This document shows, piece by piece, positions 25,719 to 41,100 of a stretch of DNA of 64,000 bases; within the stretch, counting starts at the first letter, position 1, and the number at the start of each line of letters is the position of its first letter. Source of the DNA: a virus; the IMG/VR virus record IMGVR_UViG_3300023175_000028, positions 3,473-67,472 of that record; one strand, given 5' to 3'. Under the pieces are notes generated by a model that saw nothing but the letters and a program-made list of their open reading frames with translations, did no database searches and had not been told where the DNA came from. A program made the translations under genes and the position numbers.

Positions 25719-28700
25719 ATGTCATCAACAGATAGACAAAACAGATTATTATTAGCGGAAGATTGGAAAAGAATCTATCAGTCATTTCGCAATGCAGATT
25801 TTAAGTCTTATGATTTTGATAATCTAAGACGCACAATGATTTCTTACTTACGTGAGAATTACCCAGAAGATTTTAACGATTATATTGAAAGTTCAGAATA
25901 TCTGGCACTTATTGATATGATTGCTTTCTTAGGTCAAAATATTGCTTTCCGTATTGACCTAAATGCCCGTGAAAACTACTTAGAATTAGCAGAGCGCCGT
26001 GAGAGTGTACTACGTTTAGCAAGATTGCTTTCCTACAATGCTAAACGTAATAGAGCAGCCAACGGCTTACTAAGAATTGAAGCAGTAAGTACTACAGAAG
26101 AATTAACAGATTCTAACAATATTAATTTAGAAAACCAAACAATTCAATGGAACGACCCTTCTAATCCAGATTGGTACGAACAGTTTATTAGAGTTATAAA
26201 TGCTTCGCTGCCAGTTAACGGAACATACGGTAGACCTATTAAAAAAGGTACTGTAAATGGTATTCCTACAGAACAATATAGAATGAATAGTACAAATACT
26301 GACGTTCCTGCTTATAGTTTTACTAAAACAGTTGACGGCAAATCAGTACCATTTGAAATTGTTTCTACAGATATTAACGACGGATCTATTGCAGAAGAAG
26401 CACCTTTTCCAGGAAATAATTTTGCATTTCTTTATAGAGAAGATGGCCGAGGAGTAGCAAGCTCTAATACAGGATTTTTTGCACACTTTAGACAAGGTAA
26501 AATGGATCAAGGACAATTTAATGTTTCTAATCCTTCTACAAGTCAAGTTGTTGCTATTGATGCAAGAAATATTAATGAAACAGACGTTTGGCTTTATAAG
26601 TTAGATAGTTTAGGTAATGAACAAGAGTTATGGTCTAAAGTTGATACAGTTGAAGGCAATAATGTTATCTATAATAGCCTTAATAAAAATATAAGAAATA
26701 TTTACAGTGTTCTTACACGAATTGAAGACCGAATTAGTTTAATTTTTAGTGACGGTGTTTTTGGAAATTTACCGCAAGGAAATTTCCGAGTATTTTATCG
26801 TACAAGTAAAAATCAAAGACTTATTATTACTCCAGATAATTTAAAAGGAATTGCAGTTCGTATTCCTTACATATCCAGAGCAGGTAAAACAGAAACTGTT
26901 ACACTAACATTTGCATTGAAATATACAGTTGACAATTCGTCAATTTCAGAGTCTAATGCAAGTATTAAAAGAAATGCACCATCAACTTATTATACACAAA
27001 ATAGAATGGTTACGGGAGAAGACTATCAATTAGGACCTTTAACTGTAAGCCAAGAAATTGTAAAAGCAAAAAGTGTAAATAGAACTTCCAGTGGAATTAG
27101 TAGATTTTTTGATCTTGTTGATGCAACCGGAAAATATTCTACAACTAATCTATTTGGCACAGACGGTGCAGTATATAAAGATTACCTATCAATAAAAAAC
27201 AGTTTTACATTTGATAATTTAACAGATATTGAAGGACAAATAGTAAACACAGTACAACCTATTTTATCAAGTATTAATATAAGAAATTATTACTATGATC
27301 AATTTCCAAAAATTTTAATTGAAGATTTAGGAGCAACATGGGTTCCATTAAGTAGCGATACTAATTATTTTACAGGACGTTTAGAAAACGCCGCAGGAGT
27401 ATTAGTTAAAGTAGGCACATTTACAGGTTCTAATATGAAATTTGTAAAAGCAAATTCGTTACTTAAATTTGTTCCACGTGACGGTTATCATTTTCTTAAT
27501 GGTAAAGAAGAACCAGGAGAACCAGATTATAGAGGCGGCACAAATTATAAATGGGTTAAAGTTGTTAGCGTTATTGGAGATGGAACAGAACAGCAATTAG
27601 ACGGCACTGGACCAATTCTATTTAATGATGAAATTCCAGCTAATTCAAAATTAGTTGAAATACGAACAGCATTACCTTCAACACTTACAGATGATGTACA
27701 ATCTCAAGTAACAAATCAAATTTTTGCATATAAAACCTTTGGCTTAAGATATTCAAGAAACGACGGAGAGTGGAGAGTTATAACAGAAAATAACTTAGAC
27801 GCAAGCGGTAATTTTAGCACAGGTAAAACTGGAGATACAACAAACCAGCAATTAGACGCCAGTTGGCTATTAAAGTTTAACACAGACGGCGAAAAATATA
27901 CAATAACTCATAGAGCTATGAGATATGTTTTTGAAAGTGATAAAGATATACGTTTTTATTATGATTCAAGCGACAAAATTTTTAATAACAAAACTGGAAA
28001 AATTGTAAAAGATAAAATTAATGTTTTAAACATAAACACTAAGCCTGATAGTAGTGAACCGTTTAACTTAGATTATACTTGGGAAATTGTCGAGGAATAT
28101 CGTGATGCAGAAGGCTATGTAGATAGTAAAAAAATTCAAGTTAGTTTCTTTGATGATGATTCCGACGGTGTTGTTGATAATCCAGAAATTTTTGATGACA
28201 TTGTAGATGAAACTACAAATCCAATAGATAAAGTTGTAGTACAAAAGAAAATTACAACAACCGACGGCGTAGAAGATTATGTTTATATTGACAAAAACAG
28301 TATTAATTTAAAAATACTTGAAACTAAAGAAAGTCTCGGAGCATTAAGTGCGTATGATGATCAAACGGTATTTTATTATATTAAGGAAGATATTTTTGAA
28401 GTACTTAACGGAACTACCAGCACATTGTCAATAACAACTGATTATAAAGCAAACATTGGCAGAGACGGATTAAAATTTCAATATATACATGCCGCAGATC
28501 AAAATAGTAGAATTGACCCAAGTGCAAGTAATATAATAGATACATATCTTTTAACCAGAGGTTATGATACAGAATTCCGTAAATGGATTGATGATGCTAT
28601 AGCAGAAAAACCACTTCCTCCAAGTAGTGACACTTTATATTTGACCTATGCATCAGATCTTAATAAAATTAAATCACTTAGTGACGAAGTTATCTATCAT

Positions 28701-29174
28701 CCAGTTAAGTACAAAGTACTATTTGGAAATAAGGCGTCTACAGATTTGCAAGCTACATTTAAAGTTGTTAAAAACCCAGACTTAGTGTTAAACGATAACG
28801 AAATTAAATCAGAAGTTATCAGTGCAATTAATAAATTCTTTGCATTAGATAATTGGGACTTTGGAGAAAGATTCTACTTTAGCGAATTATCAACATATGT
28901 AATGAATCAACTGGCGCCAAAAGTTGTTACTTTTGTAATTGTTCCGGTACAAGAAGATCAAACATATGGTTCTTTACAAGAAATTAAATCTGAATCAGAT
29001 GAAATTTTTATCAGCGGTGCAACAGTGCAGGATATTGAAATGATTGATGCTATTACAGCAGGAAGATTAAAGGCATCAGGTGCCTTAACTACAGGAATAG
29101 AAAATTCTACTACTGGAATACAGAGTAGTACATCTATTATTAGTACAGACAACAGTGGAGGTCTTAGTTACTAA
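25719..29174 (+). CDS. gp6: Baseplate wedge subunit, gp6-like
   Basis: DFDNLR, ENYLELAERRESVLRLARLLSY and QNRMVTGEDY; follows gp25. Confidence 0.85.
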   Translation: MSSTDRQNRLLLAEDWKRIYQSFRNADFKSYDFDNLRRTMISYLRENYPEDFNDYIESSEYLALIDMIAFLGQNIAFRIDLNARENYLELAERRESVLRLARLLSYNAKRNRAANGLLRIEAVSTTEELTDSNNINLENQTIQWNDPSNPDWYEQFIRVINASLPVNGTYGRPIKKGTVNGIPTEQYRMNSTNTDVPAYSFTKTVDGKSVPFEIVSTDINDGSIAEEAPFPGNNFAFLYREDGRGVASSNTGFFAHFRQGKMDQGQFNVSNPSTSQVVAIDARNINETDVWLYKLDSLGNEQELWSKVDTVEGNNVIYNSLNKNIRNIYSVLTRIEDRISLIFSDGVFGNLPQGNFRVFYRTSKNQRLIITPDNLKGIAVRIPYISRAGKTETVTLTFALKYTVDNSSISESNASIKRNAPSTYYTQNRMVTGEDYQLGPLTVSQEIVKAKSVNRTSSGISRFFDLVDATGKYSTTNLFGTDGAVYKDYLSIKNSFTFDNLTDIEGQIVNTVQPILSSINIRNYYYDQFPKILIEDLGATWVPLSSDTNYFTGRLENAAGVLVKVGTFTGSNMKFVKANSLLKFVPRDGYHFLNGKEEPGEPDYRGGTNYKWVKVVSVIGDGTEQQLDGTGPILFNDEIPANSKLVEIRTALPSTLTDDVQSQVTNQIFAYKTFGLRYSRNDGEWRVITENNLDASGNFSTGKTGDTTNQQLDASWLLKFNTDGEKYTITHRAMRYVFESDKDIRFYYDSSDKIFNNKTGKIVKDKINVLNINTKPDSSEPFNLDYTWEIVEEYRDAEGYVDSKKIQVSFFDDDSDGVVDNPEIFDDIVDETTNPIDKVVVQKKITTTDGVEDYVYIDKNSINLKILETKESLGALSAYDDQTVFYYIKEDIFEVLNGTTSTLSITTDYKANIGRDGLKFQYIHAADQNSRIDPSASNIIDTYLLTRGYDTEFRKWIDDAIAEKPLPPSSDTLYLTYASDLNKIKSLSDEVIYHPVKYKVLFGNKASTDLQATFKVVKNPDLVLNDNEIKSEVISAINKFFALDNWDFGERFYFSELSTYVMNQLAPKVVTFVIVPVQEDQTYGSLQEIKSESDEIFISGATVQDIEMIDAITAGRLKASGALTTGIENSTTGIQSSTSIISTDNSGGLSY

Positions 29175-32100
29175 TGGCTTATAATGATGATCAAAAACCG
29201 CAAAATTTACCAGCAGGAAACACTACTCCTCGTAGAAAAAGTGCTGATCACTTACCTCGATATTTTAGAACAAATGTAAACAATAAGTTTTTATCGGCTA
29301 CAGTTGATCAATTAATTCAGCCTGGTGTTGCTGAAAAACTAAACGGATATTATGGTCAAAAAAATGCTAAAGGATACCAAAAAGGCGACTTTTATATAGG
29401 TGATGTTTCTAAATCAAGAGAAGATTATCAACTTGAGCCAGTATCACTTGTTAAAGACGATCTTAATAATATAGATTTTTATGCAGATTATAACGATTAT
29501 ATTAATCAATTAAATTCGTTAGGATCTGCAATTGATGATCATAGTGTTTTAAATAGACAAGAATATTATGCATGGAATCCACATATTGATTGGGATAAAT
29601 TTGTAAATTTTCGAGAATATTATTGGCTACCTAATGGTCCGCAAACTATACAAATTGCTGGAGAAACTGACGAGGTAACTAAAACATATCAAGTAACCAG
29701 TGTTAACAACGGTGAACATTATGGATATGTATTCAATCCAGACGGTCAAACTCAAAATCCAACATTAACGTTATATAGAGGTGTTACTTATAGATTTGAA
29801 ATTGATGCATCAGGAAATCCGCTATCTTTTAGAACAAGAAAAGAAACAGCACCAATATTTAGACCAAACATAAGTTATTTTAGAGGAGACAAAGTACAAT
29901 ATGAAGGCTCAATATATTTGTGTACTGATAATCACAATGCAGGTAATGAGCTTGACATAGAATTTTGGGATTTAGACACTACATTTAATTTAACTACTAA
30001 TGTTTCTGCACAAAGTATTGATAATGGAGTTATTGAATTAACTTTAGATGCAAGTACGCCTAATTTAATTTACTATATGTCAGATAATGATGTATTTGCC
30101 AGTGGAACAATTAATGTATTAGACTTAGTAGAAGCATCGTCTATTAATGTTGAACAAGAAATTTTAAAATTAAAAACTTATACTACAGGAACTGGAGTAT
30201 CGTTGTCAAATGGTATGAAAGTAGAATTTGTAGGAAATGTAACACCTGAAAAGTATGCAGAAGGTGCATGGTATGTAGAAGGAGTAGGTTCTGAAATTGA
30301 TTTAATATCAGAAGTTGATTTAAGTACACCGAGTGCATATACTGATGATATAGAAATAGGATTTGATAATGACGAAAACGGCTTTGGAGTTTTACCGTTT
30401 TCCGAAGCAGTTGGATATCCATTAAACAAAGATTACCTTACTATAAACAGAGGAAGTCGAGACGGAAACTTATGGTCTAAATATAATAGATGGTTTCACA
30501 AAGATGTTATTGAAAAATCAGCAGAAGCAAACAAACAAGTATCTAACATTGATCAAAGTCAACGTGCAACACGACCTATTATTGAGTTTAACGCTAATTT
30601 AAAATTATATAATTTTGGAACTAAAAGAAAACTAACAATAGACTTAGTTGACTCTTTTACTAAAGATGTTTTTAGTACTATTGAAGGCTCTGTAGGTTAT
30701 AATATTGACGATGTTGATGTTACTAACGGAATGAGAATTCTGTTTACAGCAGATCCAGATCCACGAGTTTACGGAAAAATATTTGAAGTTAAATTTATAA
30801 CTTTCCAAAACAAGAGACAAATTACATTACAAGAAACTGAAGACACAGACCCATTACTTAACGAAGTATTATTATGTAATCAAGGTACTGTTAATAGAGG
30901 TAGAATGTTATGGTTCGATGGAAGTGTTTGGAAATTAGCACAACAAAAAACTGAGATTAACCAAGCACCTCTTTTTGACGTGTTTGACGAAAACGGAAAT
31001 AGTTATTCAGATACAGAAGTATTTGATTCTACAACATTTGCTGGAACAAAAATATTTTCTTATGCACAAGGGTATGGAGCAAATGATACAGAGTTAGGAT
31101 TTCCGTTAGAATACAGATCAATAGAAAATGTAGGCGATATAGTTTTTAAATTTAACTTACTTGATGATGTTATTAATTGTGCTTATATTGGTGAAGATGT
31201 AATAACTAAACCTTTGTCAGTTGGATATATTAGACAATATCCTAAAAGAAATACTTGGAAAACATTAAGTGGTTGGACTAAGGCAAGTTTATTAAGTAAT
31301 CAGCCCGTCATTAGACAATATATTAATGATAACACAAGAACATTTTTTACACTTGATGTTTATGAAAATAGTGCTTTGTTAGATGACTTATGGTTAAGAG
31401 TTTTTGTTAACAATAATTTAAAATTTGAAAATACAGATTTTACTATAGGATCAGACAATAATAATAATTTAACAATTACATTTAACTATGAATTATCTGA
31501 AGGTGATGTAATTATTCTTAAAACAAGATCGTCTGCGGAAAAAACACAATACGGCAAATATGAAATTGCAAGTAATTTAGAACGAAATCCGTTAAACCAA
31601 GATATTACAGAATTTACATTAGGTGAAGTTAACGACCATGTTGGTACTATTATAGAAGAATTGACTACGTTTTCAGGAGTGTATCCTGGATTTAGTAACC
31701 TAAGAGATTTAGGCGAAGTGTCTCAATATGGTAAAAGAATTGTAAAACATTCGTGTCCAATAAATTTACCTTTATATCATATAGTTGATAAAGAAGCTAA
31801 TATAGTTAAATCATTAAAATTTGCACGTAGAGAATACGGAAAATTTAAAAGATCCTTTTTACAAAAAGCAAATGATCTTGGATTTAGCGGCCCTGTTAAA
31901 GATCATGTTGATTTAATTTTAAACGAATTAACAAAAGATAAAATAAAAACAATGCCGTTTTATTTTAGTGATATGGTTCCTTTTACAGGATCTGTAAGAT
32001 CAACAACAGAAGTTTTAGATGAAGAAAATAACTTCTTTGCATTAAACAAAATTTATAATTTTTCACAACCAAGTTCAGATGCAGTACAAGTGTATCTTAA

Positions 32101-35100
32101 CGGAATTCAATTAATATTAAACAAAGATTATACATTTAATGATCAAGGGTTTGTAATTATCACAGCAAATAAATCGCCAGGCGATATTATTGATATTTAC
32201 GAATACGAATCAACTAACGGAAGTTATGTTCCACCGACTCCTACAAAATTAGGAATTTATCCAAAGTATGAGCCTAAAAAATATATTGATAACACATACT
32301 TAGAACCTCAAGAAGTAATACAAGGACATGATGGAAGTATTACTGTTGCATATGATGATTTTAGAGATGACTTAATATTAGAACTTGAAAAAAGAATTTA
32401 TAATAATATTAAAGTTGACTATGACCCTGATATGTTTGACATCTATGATTACATACCAGGACATAGTAGAAATACAGGAATAGAACAATCACAAATTAAC
32501 GATTCAATGATTAGTGATTTTATTCAATGGATTCAATTAGTTGACGAAGATTATACAAACAATACATTTTTTGAAAGAGAAAACTCGTTTACATTTAATT
32601 ATACAGGAGTGTTTGATCCGCAAGATAGACCGTTAAACGGTTGGTGGAGAGCAGTTTACAAATACGCTTTTGATACAGACCGTCCTCATACACATCCTTG
32701 GGAAATGCAAGGGTTTAGTATTAAACCAGATTGGTGGGAAGACCAATATGGGTCTGCACCTTACACAAGCAATAACCTATTAATGTGGGAAGATATTGAA
32801 AAAGGCATTGTGCGTTTTCCAGATACTCCAGGGGTAAGTGTTCCTAAATTTGCAAGGAATAATATAACAAATAATATACCAGTAGACGAAGACGGAAATC
32901 TACTAAGTCCAGTTTATAGTAGTTTTGTTAAAAGTTATAACACAACTGAGTTAAATCGTAATTTTGTTTTTGGAGATCATAGTCCAATTGAAACAGCTTG
33001 GAGGAAAGGTTCTGAATACCCATTTTCATTAATTACTGCTTTGGTTTTAAACCAGCCAGCAAGAACATTTGCGTCAATATTTGATAGAGTTAGACAGACA
33101 AAAAATTTATTAGGTCAAAGAAATTATCTTGGTCCTAATGAACATATTACTTTACAGAAACTTGTTTTTCCAAATGACGTTAATGAAACTAACAGAGTAT
33201 TTACATCTGGTTTAATTAATTATGTTTACGATTATTTGGCAAGTAGTGTTACTACTACTTTTAATAATTATAAAAATCGTTTATCAACAATTAATAACCA
33301 ACTTGGATTTAAAATTGGTGGTTTTACTACCAAAGATAAATTTAAACTAATATTAGATTCAAGAACACCTTTAAATAAAGGTAATGTTTTTGTACCAGAA
33401 GAAAACTATAATATTTTCTTAAACAAAAGTTCACCTGTAAAAAGTATTACATATAGCGGTGTAATTATAGAAAAACAAAGTTTTGGTTTTATTGTAAGAG
33501 GCTACGATCAAGTAGCGCCGTATTTTACATATAATCCTGCAATACCCTTACAAAATGATCCTCTTATTAATATTGGAGGAATAAATGCAAGTTTTGTTGA
33601 ATGGGATAGTAGAAAAACTTATGTTGCAGGTGCAATAGTACAGCATCAAAATAGTTTTTATAGAGTTGTAGAAACACACGACAGCGGTCAAGAATTTGAC
33701 GAAACTAAATTTGTAAAAATTCCTGAATTACCAGTACAAGGCGGCCGCGAAGCGTATTTTAGAAAAGCATTTAAAAACAACTCAGAAAGATTGCCATACG
33801 GTACTGTGTTTAAAAATATACAAGATTTAGTTGACTTTTTATTAGGATACGGTTATTGGTTAGAAAAACAAGGTTTTGTATTTGATTTTTATTCAGCAAA
33901 AGACGAATTTGTTTCTAATTGGCAAACAAGTGCAAAAGAATTTATGTTTTGGACTACACAGAATTGGAATGCTGGTAGTGTAATTACATTAAGTCCGGGA
34001 GCATTTCAAATTAAATTTATTAGTGAATATTCTGTAGTTGATGATATTTACGATACATTTTATGGATATAGTTTATTAAAAGCTGACGGCAAAAAGTTAC
34101 AACCAGAAAATGTTACGTTAACAAGAGAAAATCCAAAAGAATTTATTATTAAACCTAAAGCAACAGAAGACGGAATTTATTCTGTTCGCTTGTCGTTAGT
34201 ACAAAAAGAACATGCTTTGATTATAGATAATAAAACAGTATTTGGCGATATTATTTACGATCAAGAACCTGGTTATAGACAACAAAGACTTAAAGTTTTA
34301 GGATATAGAACAGATAATTGGGACGGAAGTTTAAATATTCCTGGGTTTGTTTTTGATGACGCCAAAATAACTGAATGGAAACCATGGCAGGATTATGCAA
34401 TTGGAGACCTTGTAAAGTATAAAGAATTTTATTATAGTGCAAAAAATAAAGTAACAGGAACAGAAGTATTTGTAGCTTCGGAATGGGTTAGGTTGTCTGA
34501 AAAACCCGAAATGGGTCTAATTCCAAACTTTGAATATAAAACTAATCAGTTTGCTGATTTTTATGACTTAGATACAGATAATTTTGATGTTGAACAACAA
34601 AAATTTGCACAGCATCTAATTGGATATCAAAACCGTGACTATTTGGCAAACATTATTAATGATGATGTTAGTCAGTACAAATTCTATCAAGGAATGATCC
34701 AAGATAAAGGTTCAAAGAACGCTCTTACTAAACTTTTTGATGTTCTTGGCAGTGCAGACAAAGACAGTTTAGAGTTTTATGAAGAATGGGCAATTAAACA
34801 AGGTCAATACGGTGCGGCACAAGGGTTTGAAGAAGTTGAATTTATTTTAGATGAAGATCAGTTTAAATTACAGCCTCAAAGTGTAGAGTTAGTAAATCAA
34901 ATTCGAGGTGACGAAACAGACTTAGTTTATAGAATACGTCCGTTTGAAGTATTTTTACGTCCAACCGATTATGATCATAAACCGTTCCCAACAACATATG
35001 TTGATAAAACATATACAAAAAATAGCGGCTATGTTAATCCAGAAGACGTTGACTTTACAGTTTCAACATTTGATAATATTACAAACATTGATTATACTAA

Positions 35101-38100
35101 ATTATCATACGGAGATATTGTTTGGGCAGGAAATGTTGGATTAGGATGGGATGTCTATCTGTATACAAGTGCAGACATTGTTTTAGAATCTGTAAGTGCA
35201 GAAAAAGAATTTGTATTTAAAACATTGCCTACAATGTTTAGCGAAGGCGACATTATTGGTATAGAATATACCGATGCTGAAGGAGTAGAAGTTAAAGAAC
35301 TTGCAAAAGTTACTCAAGTTCTTAATAATAAAATTAAAGTTAATAATACATCTGCTCAAGAGTCAGAAACAATAACTAATCCGATTATTTCAAGGTTTAT
35401 TAGTGTGCGTGTAAAAGACTTTGACGAAGCTTCTAAATTAGTCCAAACTTTTAAAACAAATATTGGAAAGATTTGGATTGATGAAGATTTAGATAAAAAA
35501 TGGAGAGTTATAGAGCAGAAAGCCTCATTTGAAGAGCATCAAGTTATATCAAATACTGAGTCTGGATTACGTAATCAATATGGGATTTCAATAGACGCAA
35601 GTGATAATAATACACTTTTAGTAGTTGGCTCGCCAGATGACGATGACGGAAAAGTTTTTGTTTATGTTAGAGCTGGTAACTCAGGTGCTTACTCGCTAAA
35701 TCAAGTTGTAGAACCAGAGTTAGGAATTGCAGATTCTAATCAAAAATTTGGAGCATCAGTTGCAGTTACTGATAATGGAAGATATTTAATAGTTGGTTCT
35801 CCTGAAGCATCAAATGTTCGTAGTACATTTAAAGGCGATTATGATAGCTCTCAAGATTATAGCCAATTTGATATTGTTACTTACAAAGATAATAATTGGC
35901 AAGCAACAAAAGACATCGAAGGCGCCGAAGTAAACATTAATTTTGGCAGTTTTGAATCAGTACCTGAAATATTAAGAGACTTGGGCCAAATAGAAAGTAA
36001 CGCCGATATTAAACCTGCGCTACTCACAGGTGATTATCCTTTCACAAATATTAATACAGATCACTTTTTAATTAAAGCACCGTTTGATATGTATGAAGGG
36101 TCTGGAATTGGCGATACAGTAAAATTAGTTTGGAATAAATTAACCCAAGCAAACCAAGATATTGACACATTGCAAGAAGTTTTACCTTTTGCTGATCAAG
36201 TACCTGATTTAAGTGCTGAATTTTTAACTGCTGGACATATTATTTCTGAAAAAATTGATAGTATTCTTTATGTTGAAAATAGTAATACTATTCCATTAGT
36301 AGGTCAAATTGTAGAAACACAAACTGGATTTGGTGAAGTTTCTTATACGTTTAATGACGGTGCAAAAGCAACAATTTATATTAAAAATCAAAACGGTACA
36401 TTTGGATTCTTTGGATCGTTAACTACAAGCATTGGTGAATTTGTTGGTGAGTATGTTACTGTTGCACCAAATGATACTGTAGCCGATGCAGACGAAAAAT
36501 GGGGCGGTTACTGGAGAGTTGAAAAAGCACCTTATCTTGTAAGTTCTATAAATTCTGATGTAGGACGAGGTTTAGTTTACACTGATGTTATTCCGTCTGG
36601 TAATCCTGATCCAAATAGATTTTACTATAATATTTTAAATTATCAAACTGATATATCTTCAAGTTTAGATTCAATTCATAGTCAAATTACTACATTAAGT
36701 TATCGAGGTAATCCTGGCCCAGGCGGGGTAACAGATGACTTTGAATCGTCTTTATGGGTAGCAAGAGCACCTAAGCCGTTAACGGATGTGTTAAATGTAG
36801 TTGCTCCAGGAGATCAAAGTAATGATACTGTTGATTTCTTCTATAATGATTTGCCTAATTATAATACAGGTAATTTTAATAATCCAGAAGATATTGGTCT
36901 TGGCGTTGAGCAAATGAATAAAACGCACACAATATATGATGTGTGGGATGGATACATTGATTTTAGAATAACTAAAAACTTAGGCGGAATTCCAATTGAA
37001 CCTAAAGTTGGACTTACTGTTAGAGATGTTACTAATCTTGGAACAGCCGAAGTTATGTTTTATCAAAGATTTGATACAAATAATGGTAGAATATATGTTA
37101 AAAATGTTACAGGTAACTGGGCAGTTGGTAATTTATTTGGCGAAAACAGAGAAATTGAGTTTTTAGCAGATGGTTCTGGAGATGCACTTTATGATCCAAT
37201 TTCGGGATCTCGTGTTTTTGGTCAGATTGAACAAAGAGCATTTCCGTTAGATGAAGCAAATATTGGTAAACTTGTGGTGTTTGATAACTCTGCAACTATT
37301 AATGTTCAAGATGTTGATGCTGATGTAACCACAAAAGAAGACACTATTTTAGATAACGAATATTGGTTCTATAGAGAAGAAACAGTATTAGGTATTGCTC
37401 GTCCTGCAAACATTCCTACTATAGCCAATAACGATTGGGAATTAATTTATAACATTCCTGCATCTATTGACGGTGTGCAAAGTGGACTTACAAAAGAAGG
37501 AATGTTTTCTATCTACGAAAGAAAAGGTATTGGAGCATTTGTAAAACTTAATTCGTTTACAGTTACAGAACGCGGCAACAATCAATATTTAGGTAGTGAA
37601 TTAAAAGTTTCAAATAATAACGAATTCTATAGACTAATTGTTAAACAAACAGGTGACGGAACAAATACAAATCCTGGCAGACTTTATATGTTTAACAATG
37701 GTGAATTTAACGGTATTGACTACGGCTGGGAATCAGCAAGAGATAAAAATTATAGAGGCCCATTTGACGATACAACATTATATTATCCACAAGAAATTGT
37801 TTATTATAATAACAAGTTATATCAGGCAGAGATACTAAATGGACCCGGAACATTTGATGTAAGAGATTGGAATGAATTAGATCAAAATGTTAATTACTTA
37901 GGATTTATTCCAAATAGATCAGCAAACATTGTAACAGATGCAGATCAAATTATTGAAGACGAAAATTTATTAGAATTTGCAAGAGCTTATGATATAAGCA
38001 AAGACGGTGAAGTAATTGTTATAACAACAACATACAATGAAAATGCTGAAAATACTGTAGAAATTTATCGTAATATAAATGGACTATTTTATAGAGATCA

Positions 38101-41100
38101 AACAATATTATCACCAAGTAAATTAACTCAATATGGAAGTAATATTGCATTAAGTAATGATGGAAAATTAATTGCAGTAGGCGCACCATACAATGATGAT
38201 GAAGGATTAGACCATGGTACTGTTTATGTTTATAAACAACAAGATGGATCTTTCTTAGAGTCACAAAAACTTTATAGTCCAAAAGATGATAAAACAGAAT
38301 TGTTTGGATGGTCAGTTGACTTTGATGGTGATAGACTTATTATTGGTTCTGCTAACGGAGATTCGTTAATTACAACTACTTTTGACGGAAGCAGTGTTGG
38401 AAATGAAAAACCAGTTACTACATTTGACAAAGAATTTACTACTTTTAAAAATATAACTCAAGATACAGGAAACATTAGAGTATATGAAAGACTAAATGAC
38501 TATATGTTATATTCACAAACTATTGATTTTGATAGAGATAACGTTAGTTTATTTGGACGTAGTGTATTATTAAGAAAAAACCATGTTTATGCAGGACTAC
38601 CAACATTTAAGTCAGGCATATATACTGGCGCAGTAGTTGATTATAGATTAGACGATAATACTACAATATGGGAAAATCTTCGTGTAACTAAAAATCCTGT
38701 AGATGTTAGCAAAATTAAACGTGCTGTATTATACAATACAAAAACAAATACTATTCTTCAGTATATTGATTATATAGATGTACTACAAGGAAAAATTGCA
38801 GGACCAGCAGAACAAGAGTTGACATATAAAACACCATATGATCCTGCAACATATAATACTGGTATTGCTCCAAATACTGACAAAACAAATAGCTGGGGAG
38901 AAGCCCAAGAAGGTCAACTATGGTGGGATTTAACAAATGCTAAGTTTAGAAATCCTTATCAAGGAAATGTAATCTTTAGTTCAAATAATTGGAATTCAAG
39001 TTTTTCAAATCAAAATTCTATCGATGTTTATGAATGGGTAAAATCAAAATATCTTCCAAGTGAATGGGATGAAAAATCTGGTACAAATGAAGGTTTGAAG
39101 CAAGGTATAACTGGCAAAACAAGATCAGGCGACGATGCTTATGTTCTTAAACGTGTATATGATACTGCATCAGGTACCTTTACTAATTATTATTATTACT
39201 GGGTAAGAAATAAAACTACATTACCTGCTATTGAAGATAGAAAAACAACTGCAAGAGATGTTGCAAGATTAATTAGAGACCCAGCAAATGAAGGCTATAA
39301 GTTTATTGCACTAATTACTGAAAATGAATTTGCCGTATTTAACTGCGAAAACATATTAAGTGATAGAGATATTGCATTAAGTATACAATATTGGACCATT
39401 GAAGATCAAAATATTAATATACATAATCAATATCAAATTATTACCGAAGGATTAGAGACAAGTCTTCCAAGTACTGACATTCAAAGAAAATGGTTTGATA
39501 GTTTAGTTGGCTACGATGAGAAAAATAGACAAGTACCTGCTCCGGAATTAAGTGCAAAAGAAAAATATGGTATTTTAAATAAACCAAGACAAGGATGGTT
39601 TATAAATAGAGAAGAAGCACTTAAAGAAACAATTGAAAGAATTAATAGTGTTTTAAAAGACAACCTAATTAGTGATGATAAAGATATTACTAATCTTACA
39701 GACATAGATCCAGAGCCAACTAAGTCATCTAAGGTCTGGGATAGAAGTGTAGATACAAAGATTGAATTACAATTTGTTGGTGTTGCTAAAGCAGAACAAG
39801 CAACACTGGAACCTGTTGTCGAAAACGGAAAAATTGTTCGTGTAAACATTACTAACGGCGGTCGAGGCTATTTGCAAGAACCAACAGTTACAGTTTTAGG
39901 AACAGGTAAAGATGCAGAAATTAAAACAGTAATTAACAATCAAGGCACTGTTACAGATGTTATTATTGAAAATGCTGGAACTAACTATGCACAAGATAAT
40001 ACAAGATTAGCAGTTAGACGTTATACGGTATTAGTTAAAGCAGACGAATCATTAAATAACAAATGGGCATTATACGAAAGAGATACTGTTGCTAAAGAAT
40101 GGATTTTAGTTGAAAGTCAAGCATACGATGTAACTAAGTATTGGGATTATATTGACTGGTATGCTCCGGGGTACAATTCATTTACAAAAATTGATACAGT
40201 AATTGAACAATCATATGATTTAAGTAGACTAAATGATAGTATCGGTGATATTGTAAAAATACAAACAGTAGGTACAGGCGGCTGGCTACTGCTTGAAAAG
40301 ATTAATAATCAAGAAGGCGAAGACTATTCAGTAAATTATAAAACTATTGGTAGAGAAAACGGTACTATACAATTTAAAGAAACTTTATATAATGTTGAAG
40401 ATTCTAAAGTTGGATTTGACACTACTAATTATGATGCCTTAACTTTTGATAGTCTACCAACAACAGAAACAAGAATTATTTTAAACACTATTAAAGACAA
40501 TGTCTTTATTGAAGAATTAGCATTAGAATATAATAAATTGTTTTTTGCAAGTTTGCGTTATGTTTTTGCAGAACAAAATTATGTTGATTGGGCATTTAAA
40601 TCGTCGTTTATAAAAGCAAAACATAATGTTGGTGAATTAGAACAAAAAGTAAACTTCCAGAACGATAATCTTCCAAGTTATGAAGAATATATTAAAGAAG
40701 TTAAACCATTTAAGACTAAAATTAGAGAATATCTAAGCTCTTACGAAAGTACTGACGTTGCAGGAAATAATGTATCAGATTTTGATTTACCTGCAAGATA
40801 CGTTTTAACATCAGACGGAATTGAACCATTAAGAGTTAAATCTTATAATACAGGAATTGTTGCAGACAATCCTGAAGAACTTGAAAATTATCCAAATAAA
40901 AACTGGATTGATAATTCTGGATATAAAGTTGTTAAAATTGAATTAGATGATCCAGGTCAAGGATATACATCACCACCTACTGTTACAATTGAAGGAAATA
41001 AAGGTGCAGTAGCAAAAGCGTCATTAGGTAAAAATGGTTCTATTAGCGGAATTCGAGTATTTGATCAAGGAGAAGGATATCTTGAGTCGCCAAAGATTAC